Source of the DNA: Patescibacteria group bacterium
GTDB taxonomy: Bacteria > Patescibacteriota > Patescibacteriia > Buchananbacterales > GWA2-38-13
Direction: 5' to 3'
Assembly: GCA_028712155.1 (NCBI GenBank)
Contig: JAQTQO010000001.1
Location: forward strand, 1,501-65,500
DNA length: 64,000 nt
The position numbers were made by a program, and so were the translations under genes. The stretch's first letter is position 1; each line of letters begins with the position of its first letter. The notes under the pieces were generated by a model. The model saw only the letters and a list, made by a program, of their open reading frames with translations, made no database searches and was not told the DNA's origin. Positions 19,428 through 30,223 of the stretch are shown one piece after another.

Positions 19428-20057
19428 TTACAGGACGGTCACTTTTTTTACGATGACATCGTTGAGCGGGCGATCGTTCGCGTCGACTTTGACTTGGCCG
19501 ATTTTTTCCACCACATCCATGCCGCCGACAACCTGGCCGAAGTTCGTATGCTTGCCGTCGAGCCACGGGGTCGCTTCTTTCGTGACGATAAAGAATTGGC
19601 TGCCGTTCGTATCCGGCCCACGGTTGGCCATGGCGAGCGACCCGCGCACGAGTTTACGGCTGTTGATCTCATCGGCGAACATTTCGTCGGGGCCGCCGGT
19701 TCCCCAGCGATCTTTGCTGGCAACATCCTTGCTGAGGGGGTCGCCGCCCTGAATCATGAAGTCATTAATCACGCGATGAAACCGCGTACCGTCATAGTAA
19801 CCGCTCTGCGCCAGGCGGACGAAGTTCGCGACGGTATTGGGCGCATCGCCGGGGTAGAGATCAAGCGTAATGTTGCCGAGCGTCGTTTCCATTTTTACCT
19901 GGATCGGTTCGGTCGGAGTCGCCGATGCTTCCGCCGCCGCGGCCGGGGTTGGTTGGACGGGAACCGTACCGACGGTGGCGTCAGGTTGCCGCGTGCAGGC
20001 AACCACAACGGGCGCAACGGACAGCAGAGCGATAATGGTTTTTCTCATAGTTGGCAT
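19428..20057 (-). CDS. Cyclophilin-type peptidyl-prolyl isomerase, probable lipoprotein
   Basis: Signal peptide ending VVAC; FHRVINDFMIQGGDP, AMANRGPDTNGSQFFI, WLDGKHTNFG. Confidence 0.95.
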   Translation of the reverse strand: MPTMRKTIIALLSVAPVVVACTRQPDATVGTVPVQPTPAAAAEASATPTEPIQVKMETTLGNITLDLYPGDAPNTVANFVRLAQSGYYDGTRFHRVINDFMIQGGDPLSKDVASKDRWGTGGPDEMFADEINSRKLVRGSLAMANRGPDTNGSQFFIVTKEATPWLDGKHTNFGQVVGGMDVVEKIGQVKVDANDRPLNDVIVKKVTVL

Positions 20058-20294
20058 GAACGAATTTGCTATTAGTGCGGCAATTGCCGCTGAATAAATA
20101 TGGGGCGAATATTCTGTGCTGGTGCTTCGGTGCCTGGATGCATGGCAAATTTTTTTGTCCTTGACAAGTGAATCCTCGCAATCCTATGTAAAATGCAAAG
20201 CCAAAACATGGGGATAACTGTAGCCGTGGTGCGGATGTCAGTGATGACAATTGGTGTTCAGTCACATAGGATTAGGGCATTTTCCCGCACAATG

Positions 20295-20365
20295 CTGGGG
20301 GGGATGGAATCGAACCATCATTCGCAGCTCCAAAGGCTGCTGTCCTGCCATTAGACGACCCCCCA
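20295..20365 (-). tRNA. tRNA-Gln(TTG)
   Basis: TGGGGGGTCGTCTAATGGCAGGAC A GCAGC CT-TTG-GA GCTGC...GGTTCGATTCC..CCCCCCAG; CCA not encoded. Confidence 0.95.
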
Positions 20366-20445
20366 GCGATGTGCGCGAGTGGTAATGGAGATTGAAACGT
20401 TCAAAAGACCATCCTCATCAGCATCGTTTGTTCAACATACACGAG

Positions 20446-20467
20446 GCCGCCCGAAGCTTCGGGCGGC
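20446..20467. repeat. Perfect 22-bp palindrome
   Basis: GCCGCCCGAAGCTTCGGGCGGC. Confidence 0.8.
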
Positions 20468-20496
20468 AGCACCTGCGCCAAGCACACGGGTCACGA

Positions 20497-20724
20497 CTAC
20501 CCGTAACGTTGCAGGTGGTGAAATTTTCGAATGGCGAGAATCCCGGCGATCGCAAGTATTATGCCGAGGTAGCCGATCACCAACGTTTTCATGGAGATCG
20601 ACACATTTTGGCCGATGATGAAATTTGCCACCTCGATGATCAGCAGCATGGCCATGAGCACCATGATGATAAATGCCACCATGATGACGGAGAGAATTGT
20701 TTCGAGCAATCGGCCGGCGTACAT
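20497..20724 (-). CDS. Small two-TM hypothetical membrane protein
   Basis: Two hydrophobic segments; start uncertain (20724 or 20784). Confidence 0.55.
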   Translation of the reverse strand: MYAGRLLETILSVIMVAFIIMVLMAMLLIIEVANFIIGQNVSISMKTLVIGYLGIILAIAGILAIRKFHHLQRYG

Positions 20725-20796
20725 AGCGTGATAACGCGCGTGGTTACCGCTTCCATCGTACCCAGTCCCGCGTAGTTCTGTCAATGACGTCTGCCG

Positions 20797-21732
20797 CTAG
20801 ACTTTGAGGTAGCGCCGGATCGCGATCGTTGATGCGACGACGTTCAGGAGCGTGATGCCAACCAGCTGCAGACCGAAGATGGTGAAGAAATTCTCGGTGA
20901 AATATTGGGCGAGATTGAGCGGCGTACCGGTGAAAAAATTTTGCAGCTGGGGCTGAATGCCGTTGATGCCGATCAAGGTCACAACGGCGGTAATCACGGA
21001 AGCGATGAGCGCATACAAAACGCCTTCCACCACGAACGGGGCAGTGATGATGGCGTTACTGGCGCCGACAAGTTTCATGATGGCAATTTCCTCACGATGG
21101 GTGTAGATAGTTACCCGGATGGTGTTGAATGCGATCAAAATAGCTATCACCACAAAGAACAAGCTGATGGCGAGTCCGGTGCGGTTCACCCGCGACGCGA
21201 TCGCGATAATTTCATCGATCGTTGCGCGGTGCGTACTGAAATTTTCTTCCGTCACCAAACCTTTGTACGGAGAGCGATCAAGGATTTTGGCAATCTCGGG
21301 GTAATCCTCCGGCTGGTGCGCGGTGACAATGAGCGTCGCGCCGAGCGGGTTTTCACCCAAATCCTCGAGCGCCTGAAGAATCATCGCATCGTCGCTATGC
21401 CGGAGCCTGAGCTCCTGCAGTGCGACGGCGGGAGAAATGTAACGGACGCTTGCCACCTGTGAAAGCTTGGCGAGGTAGTCTTGAACTTCGAGTACGGTGG
21501 CTTCATCGGCTCCCGGATCAAAATAGATACTGATGTCAATTTTTTGCTGCAGCGATTTGACCGCGGAATCGGCAACCACATTGAGTGCGAGCAGTGTGTT
21601 GACGGTCAGGCTGGCCAGTACGATGATGCTGACGGTGGCGACGGAGAGCCAAAAATTGCGCCAAAATCCCTGCCAGGCGAACCGGACGATGCGGTAGAGC
21701 GTCACAATAATCATAGGATGCGATCCCGTCAT
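20797..21732 (-). CDS. ftsX: Cell division permease FtsX
   Basis: FWRNFWLS, NPL, NTIRVTIYTHREEIAIMKLVGAS, PFVVEG. Confidence 0.95.
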   Translation of the reverse strand: MTGSHPMIIVTLYRIVRFAWQGFWRNFWLSVATVSIIVLASLTVNTLLALNVVADSAVKSLQQKIDISIYFDPGADEATVLEVQDYLAKLSQVASVRYISPAVALQELRLRHSDDAMILQALEDLGENPLGATLIVTAHQPEDYPEIAKILDRSPYKGLVTEENFSTHRATIDEIIAIASRVNRTGLAISLFFVVIAILIAFNTIRVTIYTHREEIAIMKLVGASNAIITAPFVVEGVLYALIASVITAVVTLIGINGIQPQLQNFFTGTPLNLAQYFTENFFTIFGLQLVGITLLNVVASTIAIRRYLKV

Positions 21733-22415
21733 TCTAAGCGGTATCGGCCAACCGCCTGGTCGGAGACGATCTTGCCGTCATCAAGCACGATCACGCGGCG
21801 CCGGATGTGGTTCACGAGCGACTGGTCATGGCTGACGAGCAGCACCGTGGTGCCGATCTGGTTGATTTTCAGCAGGAGCGCAATAATTTCCTGCGAGGTC
21901 ATCGCGTCGAGGTTGCCGGTCGGTTCGTCGGCAACCAGAATTTTTGGACCGTGCGCTAATGCCCGGGCGATAGCGACGCGCTGTTGTTCGCCTCCGGAGA
22001 GATGGATGGGAAAGCGATCCAGCTTATCTTCGAGGCCGACGATCTTGAGCACTTCCGGCACAATGCGTCGGATGCGCGAGGGCCGCGCACCGATAACCTG
22101 GAGCGCGAATGCGACGTTTTCCAGCACCGTTTTTTTTGGCAACAGTTTGAAATCCTGGAAGACGACGCCGATTTGCCGCCGGAGGTAGGGGATTTCACGG
22201 TGCCGGATGCGGGTAATGTCCCAGCCGCCGACCGTAACCTGGCCTTCGGTCGCGCGGGTTTCCGCGGTCAAAATTTTTACCAACGTGGTTTTCCCCGTCC
22301 CGCTTTTTCCCACGATGGAAACAAATTCACCCGGCGCGACGTCAAATGTCACATTCGCCAGCGCGATCGTCCGTTCGGGGTAAAAAATTTTGGAAACACC
22401 GCGGAAATTGATCAT
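21729..22415 (-). CDS. ftsE: Cell division ATP-binding protein FtsE
   Basis: GKSGTGKTT, LRRQIGVVFQDFKLL, LSGGEQQR, ADEPTGNLD; adjacent to ftsX. Confidence 0.95.
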   Translation of the reverse strand: MINFRGVSKIFYPERTIALANVTFDVAPGEFVSIVGKSGTGKTTLVKILTAETRATEGQVTVGGWDITRIRHREIPYLRRQIGVVFQDFKLLPKKTVLENVAFALQVIGARPSRIRRIVPEVLKIVGLEDKLDRFPIHLSGGEQQRVAIARALAHGPKILVADEPTGNLDAMTSQEIIALLLKINQIGTTVLLVSHDQSLVNHIRRRVIVLDDGKIVSDQAVGRYRLE

Positions 22416-22467
22416 GGAATATTGCGCTCAATGATTTTCTCGTCTAAACGGCCGGTAAAGGTCTGAC

Positions 22468-22496
22468 TTGAAAGGCGTTACGGGTTGCGGTATATT
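22468..22496 (+). promoter_or_regulatory. sigma70 promoter upstream of the ncRNA candidate and tRNA cluster
   Basis: TTGAAA-17 nt-TATATT. Confidence 0.65.
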
Positions 22497-22499
22497 GGT

Positions 22500-22645
22500 A
22501 TCCTGAAGCGAGTGGCCGTTTCGGTCAAGGGCAAACAGGCGGCGCGGTGAACATTTCTGCGGCAAGAATCTCGGTAAAATCGTCGCGCCGTGCCAGTATC
22601 AGCCCCTTTGAACTTACCCACAACCGGCGACGTTTTGACGGGAAT
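22500..22645 (+). ncRNA. Candidate rod-shaped ncRNA (6S RNA-like)
   Basis: Nested complementary segments TCCTGAAGCG/CGTTTTGACGGGA, TCAAGGGC/GCCCCTTTGA, GGCGCGGTGA/TCGTCGCGCC; CTTTGAAC motif; begins just after a promoter. Confidence 0.35.
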
Positions 22646-22747
22646 ATCTTCGTACCGAGGAGTATCCCGAGACTCATCGGAAGCAGGCGCGGGATTAGTA
22701 CCATGGTAGTACGTCGGCTTCCCAAGCCGAAGACGCAAGCCTGCCCC

Positions 22748-22852
22748 CCACACCATTCAGTGGGATCTAGGCGGGATTAGTACAATGGTAGTACGTCGGC
22801 TTCCCAAGCCGAAGACGCGAGTTCGATTCTCGTATCCCGCTGAATGGTGTGG
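22748..22852. repeat. Inverted repeat flanking the inner tRNA-Gly
   Basis: CCACACCATTCAG (22748-22760) / CTGAATGGTGTGG (22840-22852); extends to 19 bp with one G-U via TGGGAT/ATCCCG. Confidence 0.9.
22771..22841 (+). tRNA. tRNA-Gly(CCC)
   Basis: GCGGGATTAGTACAATGGTAGTACG TCGGC TT-CCC-AA GCCGA AGAC GCGAGTTCGATTCTCGT ATCCCGCT. Confidence 0.95.
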
Positions 22853-22940
22853 TGGCGTATCCCGCTCATTGCTGGGCTGGGCGGACGGGGCGTGGTGACG
22901 GCGAAATGGACAGCAGTGGATCAATCCGCGGCTGCCTTAA

Positions 22941-23015
22941 GCCGAAGTAGCTCAATGGCAGAGCAGTGCTTTCGTAAAGCAAAGGTTGTGGGTTCGACTC
23001 CCACCTTCGGCTCCA
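22941..23015 (+). tRNA. tRNA-Thr(CGT)
   Basis: GCCGAAGTAGCTCAATGGCAGAGC..TT-CGT-AA..GGTTCGACTCC..CTTCGGCT CCA. Confidence 0.95.
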
Positions 23016-23058
23016 GGCAATCGCGTATTCATCTTTTGGGAAATGAGCGGCGACGGAC

Positions 23059-23919
23059 TCATCGCGGCGTACCGTTCCGGGGTCGGGTGAACAAACGTCG
23101 TAACGTTGATCGACGGACAGTTGGTCGGATGATGTGGATCACTCCGATAAGTTTTGCGTTTACCAGCACCGGAGAGGAAGTGATATCGAGCTGCACCCGG
23201 GTACCGTCGAGGAGCAGAAAGGGGCAGTTGACCAGAGTAACTTTTCTGCCGGTGTTGAGTACCTCCTGCGTCGGCCACTGCACCGGAGGGACGGCTTTCC
23301 CGTGTTGATCAAGCAGCGTATAGAGCGCGGTGTGGTGCTTGCCGAGCGCGCGCTGCAGGTCGATGTGCAAGAGGCGTTCGGCCTGGGGGTTTATCAGCAG
23401 GACTTTGCTCTCCGGATCGACCGCGATCAATCCTTCGCCGATGCTCTCCAGCAGCGCCTGATCGCGCACGCGGAGTTCATCAATCGCCGCGTAGAGTTCG
23501 AACAGTTTGCGATTCTGCGCCTGGATTTCTCCCTGCGCGCGCTTTCGTTCCGTGATGTCGATCTCAATGCTCACAAACCCGCGGAGAGCGCCGTTTTTGC
23601 CGAGGATCGGCGCGATCCGGACATCGGCGATATACATCTCGCCGTTTTTCCTCCGGTTGGTAATTTCACCGGTGTACCGTCGCCGGTCGTCCTTTATCGT
23701 CCGCCACATGGCGGCGTAGTATTCTTTGGACATCTGCTGGCCCCAGAGCCGCGGGTTTCCTCCGATCAGTTGATCGCGCGTGTACCCGGTGATTTTTTCC
23801 GCCGCGGCGTTGGCGTACAATATGGTGCCGTTGACGTCGGTGTAAATAATCTGCACCGGCGCATTTTCCGCGGCGAGCTGAAAATCGATCTCTTTTTTGG
23901 GAGCGGGTTTGCCGGCCAT
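23059..23919 (-). CDS. Tandem PAS-domain protein with no output domain
   Basis: Start refined to MAGKPAP; PAS1 ILYANAAAEKITGY..GGNPRLW..NRRKNGE..DITERK; PAS2 LESIGEGLIAVD..INPQAE. Confidence 0.8.
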   Translation of the reverse strand: MAGKPAPKKEIDFQLAAENAPVQIIYTDVNGTILYANAAAEKITGYTRDQLIGGNPRLWGQQMSKEYYAAMWRTIKDDRRRYTGEITNRRKNGEMYIADVRIAPILGKNGALRGFVSIEIDITERKRAQGEIQAQNRKLFELYAAIDELRVRDQALLESIGEGLIAVDPESKVLLINPQAERLLHIDLQRALGKHHTALYTLLDQHGKAVPPVQWPTQEVLNTGRKVTLVNCPFLLLDGTRVQLDITSSPVLVNAKLIGVIHIIRPTVRRSTLRRLFTRPRNGTPR

Positions 23920-23932
23920 AGCATCCGATGAG

Positions 23933-25222
23933 TTAGGGAACAAGCGTTCGGACGGAAAACGTTTGCAGTTCTTGGGCAAGGAGCGTTTCCAGGCTCGGGT
24001 TCGGCGGGAGAAGAATATGCAATACGTGGATGCGTTCTTCGCCCGGTGTTGCTCCCGATAAGTGCTCAAGCACCATCAGCAGGTGGTAACCGTCGACGGA
24101 ACGGACCGGCGGAGAAATTTCGTTGACGCCCAAGGCGCTGGCTGCGGCAAACAGCGCCGGGTCGAGGTCGTTGGCGCCGCGAAAGCCGAGATCACCGTCG
24201 GATGAAACCCGCTCGTCGCGGTTGTAGCGCGCCACGGCATCCGCAAAGGTCATCTCTTTGGCGAGAATTTTATTCCGGATGTCATTGGCTTGCTGCTCGG
24301 CGTTCCGCCAGCTGGTCGGGTCGGTCAAAACTTGGGTTTGCACGGCTTGCCGGAGCAAGTAGGGTTCCAACAGCCGTCGGCGGAAGTCTTCAATACTCCA
24401 GCCGGGAAAATTGTTGGCAAGTTCCGCAGCTAACCTTTCCGGGCTGCCCAACTCCTGGATAAGCGCGTCGAGTTGCCGTTGCGATTCTGCCGGAGTGACG
24501 GTGATGTTGAGGCGGCTGGCAAGGCGACGAAATGCCACGCGCTGCGTGAAATTCGCGATAACCTTCCGATGGATATCGGCGGCCGTGAGGTTCTGATGCT
24601 GTGCAGCTGCTGATCTTGCCAGGAGCTCGGATTCATTCAGGAAATCGGACAGCCGCAACGTTTCATCACCGGCGTATGCAGCCGGTAACGGGAATATGCG
24701 CGCAATACTTTTGACGATCGGATGCGACCAGCCGTAACGGTAGGTGCCAACTAAAAATACCAGGGTAGCGGTAAATAACCCCGCACTCACCAGCAGAAAT
24801 GCCATCGCGTAAACAGGCCGCGGCGTGCGCTTGGGGCGGATCCGTGGTTCCGGCAGCAGCCCGTTGATTTTTCCGTCGGGCTTTTTTGCAACCTCCGGAA
24901 TTTTTGTAACGCGGGGCGGTGATTTTCTCCGCACCGTCGCCGTCGGGCGCGGCAGGAGGGCTGGGTTTGACGCCGCAATGCGGTCCGGCTGTTTTGTCGC
25001 GGTCGGGCTTTGCTTCTTTTCCTTTACCGGAAGTGTCGGCTCAAAAGTCTTTGTGCGCGTAGCGGTACGTTTTTTCCGTACGACGCGCTTCGGGCTTTCC
25101 CCGGCCGGAGGCGGGGACGACCCGCGCTCTTTTTCCATCTCCAGCCAGCGAAGGACTTCGCGGCGCATGCTCGCAAGTTCTTCATCGCTGAATGTCCCCT
25201 TTGGCGGCGTAGGTTCCGTCAT
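23933..25222 (-). CDS. PrsA/SurA-like membrane-anchored foldase (parvulin domain)
   Basis: Disordered N-terminus, one TM, SurA-like helices, FADAVARY..DGDLGF..EISPPVRSVDGYHLL. Confidence 0.85.
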   Translation of the reverse strand: MTEPTPPKGTFSDEELASMRREVLRWLEMEKERGSSPPPAGESPKRVVRKKRTATRTKTFEPTLPVKEKKQSPTATKQPDRIAASNPALLPRPTATVRRKSPPRVTKIPEVAKKPDGKINGLLPEPRIRPKRTPRPVYAMAFLLVSAGLFTATLVFLVGTYRYGWSHPIVKSIARIFPLPAAYAGDETLRLSDFLNESELLARSAAAQHQNLTAADIHRKVIANFTQRVAFRRLASRLNITVTPAESQRQLDALIQELGSPERLAAELANNFPGWSIEDFRRRLLEPYLLRQAVQTQVLTDPTSWRNAEQQANDIRNKILAKEMTFADAVARYNRDERVSSDGDLGFRGANDLDPALFAAASALGVNEISPPVRSVDGYHLLMVLEHLSGATPGEERIHVLHILLPPNPSLETLLAQELQTFSVRTLVP

Positions 25223-25293
25223 AGTTTTGATCCGGTGTGGTTGGTGATCAATGCGATCGAAACGTTCTCCCTGCTGCACGAACCGTACATATA

Positions 25294-25689
25294 TTATCCG
25301 TCCGTCCGCCGGCTAAAAAAGTAGGTCCACCAGGCACGGAGCGGCGTCTGCTGTTCGGGTACCGGCGAACTGGCCGCGCGAGCGGGCGAGCCGATCGAAC
25401 CGGCCTGATCGGGCGGGATGACCATCACGCTTTCGCCCGGCTTGGTCAGTCCCAGCTCGAGGCGGGCCCGCGTTTCCGCATACCCGGCGGAATCGAAATA
25501 CTTCAGCAGGTCGGCCATCTGAATATTGCGGGTTTGCAGCGTCGCGGCTTCCTGGCGCAGGGCGTTGAGTTCAGTTTCAACTCCCTGGGCATGCTGGTAG
25601 TCAAACCAATAGTAGTACCCGACGACGGCGATCAGGCAGCATCCGATAATTATGACGATGAGGTAGCGAAATGACGTGCGCTGTGGCAT
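25294..25689 (-). CDS. Septum formation initiator (FtsB/DivIC family)
   Basis: TM, coiled coil, ARLELGLTKPGE. Confidence 0.85.
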   Translation of the reverse strand: MPQRTSFRYLIVIIIGCCLIAVVGYYYWFDYQHAQGVETELNALRQEAATLQTRNIQMADLLKYFDSAGYAETRARLELGLTKPGESVMVIPPDQAGSIGSPARAASSPVPEQQTPLRAWWTYFFSRRTDG

Positions 25690-25783
25690 ACGGAGTAACC
25701 ATCATGGCCTGGTCATCAGTATAGCGGAATTTTTGGCGTTAAACTAGCGGTCAACGCACCATTCCGTTGTGACGAATATCGGC

Positions 25784-28492
<2,709 letters not shown>

Positions 28493-28709
28493 GCGATTAA
28501 TTATATCATATTCACGCTGCGCGCGGTGAGGGTTTGCTGCATCGCCCCGCGGGCAGGCGTACTTCGATGTAGCCGGATGTACGACCGCCGGCGAGAAATT
28601 TTTTTGCGAAACGCGGCACGTTTACTAAATTGACATTATTTGCTATCGTATTTTTGTTATCTGCCGTGTACTGCGGGGGCGGCAGAAGATATGCGGTTAG
28701 CGGATTTTC

Positions 28710-28780
28710 GGGTCCATAGCTCAGTGGTAGAGCAGCGGCCTTTTAAGCCGATGATGAGGGTTCGATTCCCCCTGGACCCA
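28710..28780 (+). tRNA. tRNA-Lys(TTT)
   Basis: GGGTCCATAGCTCAGTGGTAGAGC..CGGC CT-TTT-AA GCCG..GGTTCGATTCC..TGGACCCA. Confidence 0.93.
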
Positions 28781-28790
28781 TAAGATTTGT

Positions 28791-29603
28791 ATGTTCTCAG
28801 CGCTGTGGCATAACGTGGTTTTTAACCCGTTGTACAATTTTTTGATGTACCTGTATTTCTACCACGCCAACTTCAATCTGGGGTGGGCGGTGGTGTACAT
28901 GACGCTCATTTTGCGTCTTTTACTGGTACCGTTTTCGGTCATCACCGAGCGCGGTAAGGAATTCTACCGTCGTATCAGCGACAAGGTTACCGAGGCCCAA
29001 AAGGATTACGCGGATGATCAAGTGAAACAAAAAACCGTCATCCGCGATTTGTTGCGTCAGAATAAAATACGTCCATGGTCGAACCTCATCGTCCTGCTTT
29101 TCCACGTGCTCATTCTCGTCGCTTTCTACCAGGTATTCGTGGGCGGCATGAAAGTCGGGGCCATTGTGGATTCGCTGTACCCGTCGATTCCCCGGCCTGA
29201 CGTCATCAATACGAATTGGATATGCTTCGGTTGGGGGCCTGGCGCGCCGTGCCTGGACATCAAGGAGCGAAGCCTGCCGTTTGCCGCCGTGGTCGCCGTC
29301 GTGCTGTTTATCGAAATCACGCTGGGTCAGCGGGGCCGCAAAGGCCGTTTGACGCAGCAGGAGATTGTTTACCGCTTCCTGTTCCCCGCGTTTACCTTCG
29401 TCGCGTTGGGCTTGCTGCCGTCGGTCAAGTCGCTGTTCATTTTGACTTCCTTGCTGTTTTCCATTATGATTAGCCTGGGTGGGACGCTGTTTTGGGGTTT
29501 TGGAACCCGCCGCAAAGCGAAAGGAGAACGTCAGGCTGCCATGAACGCGGCGGCGCGTGATCCGTTCGATAATAATTTCCACTATGGCCGACAGCCTCGA
29601 TAA
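28791..29603 (+). CDS. yidC: Short YidC/Oxa1-family membrane insertase
   Basis: PLYNFL..NLGWAVVYMTLILRLLLVPFS (conserved Arg), helical hairpin, further TMs. Confidence 0.75.
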   Translation: MFSALWHNVVFNPLYNFLMYLYFYHANFNLGWAVVYMTLILRLLLVPFSVITERGKEFYRRISDKVTEAQKDYADDQVKQKTVIRDLLRQNKIRPWSNLIVLLFHVLILVAFYQVFVGGMKVGAIVDSLYPSIPRPDVINTNWICFGWGPGAPCLDIKERSLPFAAVVAVVLFIEITLGQRGRKGRLTQQEIVYRFLFPAFTFVALGLLPSVKSLFILTSLLFSIMISLGGTLFWGFGTRRKAKGERQAAMNAAARDPFDNNFHYGRQPR

Positions 29604-30159
29604 GATCATGTACAGCTTCGTGGTGGAGGACGTGCTGAAGGGGTTTTTCATCCACGTACCGCCGGGTTACGTCGCGTGCGTGTACGACATGGGACGCGGG
29701 GTGTTGCGCAAGGTGTACGAACCGGGTCTCCATTTGAAAATTCCGTTCTGGCAGAAGGCTAAACTTTTCAATACCCAGACGCTGGAGTACAACATCAACC
29801 GTAACTTTGACCCGAACAAGCCGAAGCTGATGGGGGATCAGCCCGTGGTGTGCAAGGCTGTCGACGGACGGAGCATCAAACTGGAAGGCACCATTCTGCT
29901 GCGGCTGGACATCGACCGCATTCCGGAGATCTGGCAGTCGATCGGCGAGGAATTCGTGGAAAAGATCGTCCGGCCGACGGTGCGCAGCCGTTTGCGCCTG
30001 GTTGCTTCGCACCACTCAGGGTCCGAGCTGATTACGTCCAAGCGCGGTGCGATTGAAACCGAAGCCCAGCAGGAGCTGGAACGGGTTTTTCATCCGCGCG
30101 GCATTGTGGTGGAAAACGTACTCTTTTCGGAAATCGAAGACGGCGTGAAGACCGGCTGA
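29584..30159 (+). CDS. SPFH/prohibitin (band 7) domain protein
   Basis: VPPGYVACV..G..EPGLHLKIPFWQ; IVRPTVRSRLR; GIVVENVLF. Confidence 0.85.
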   Translation: MADSLDKIMYSFVVEDVLKGFFIHVPPGYVACVYDMGRGVLRKVYEPGLHLKIPFWQKAKLFNTQTLEYNINRNFDPNKPKLMGDQPVVCKAVDGRSIKLEGTILLRLDIDRIPEIWQSIGEEFVEKIVRPTVRSRLRLVASHHSGSELITSKRGAIETEAQQELERVFHPRGIVVENVLFSEIEDGVKTG

Positions 30160-30178
30160 GGAACGAAAGGTAAACTAT

Positions 30179-30214
30179 AAAAAATGAGGGTCCCGCTTGG
30201 GCGGGACCCTTTTT
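30179..30214. terminator. Bidirectional intrinsic terminator
   Basis: AGGGTCCCGC-TTGG-GCGGGACCCT flanked by A and T runs, between convergent genes. Confidence 0.8.
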
Positions 30215-30223
30215 GAAATGTGT

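Larger units (their letters stand above)
22689..22866 (+). pseudogene. Outer, disrupted tRNA-Gly(CCC) copy enclosing the intact tRNA-Gly
   Basis: 22689-22736 matches the first 48 nt of the intact tRNA (one mismatch, A14C); 22856-22866 CGTATCCCGCT matches its last 11 nt. Confidence 0.8.

Noticed and set aside
20379-20775. His/Asp-rich plus-strand ORF 20392-20775
   Set aside because: Mirror of the hydrophobic minus-strand membrane ORF that follows ftsX in the same orientation.
22689-22841. CRISPR-like repeat-spacer-repeat (48 nt, 34 nt gap)
   Set aside because: The repeat is tRNA sequence, there are only two copies and no cas genes in the window.
22689-22866. Prophage/ICE attachment site or spliced tRNA intron as explanation of the tRNA duplication
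   Set aside because: No integrase or cargo nearby; removing the insert would not restore the outer T-loop, and there is no group I/II intron core.
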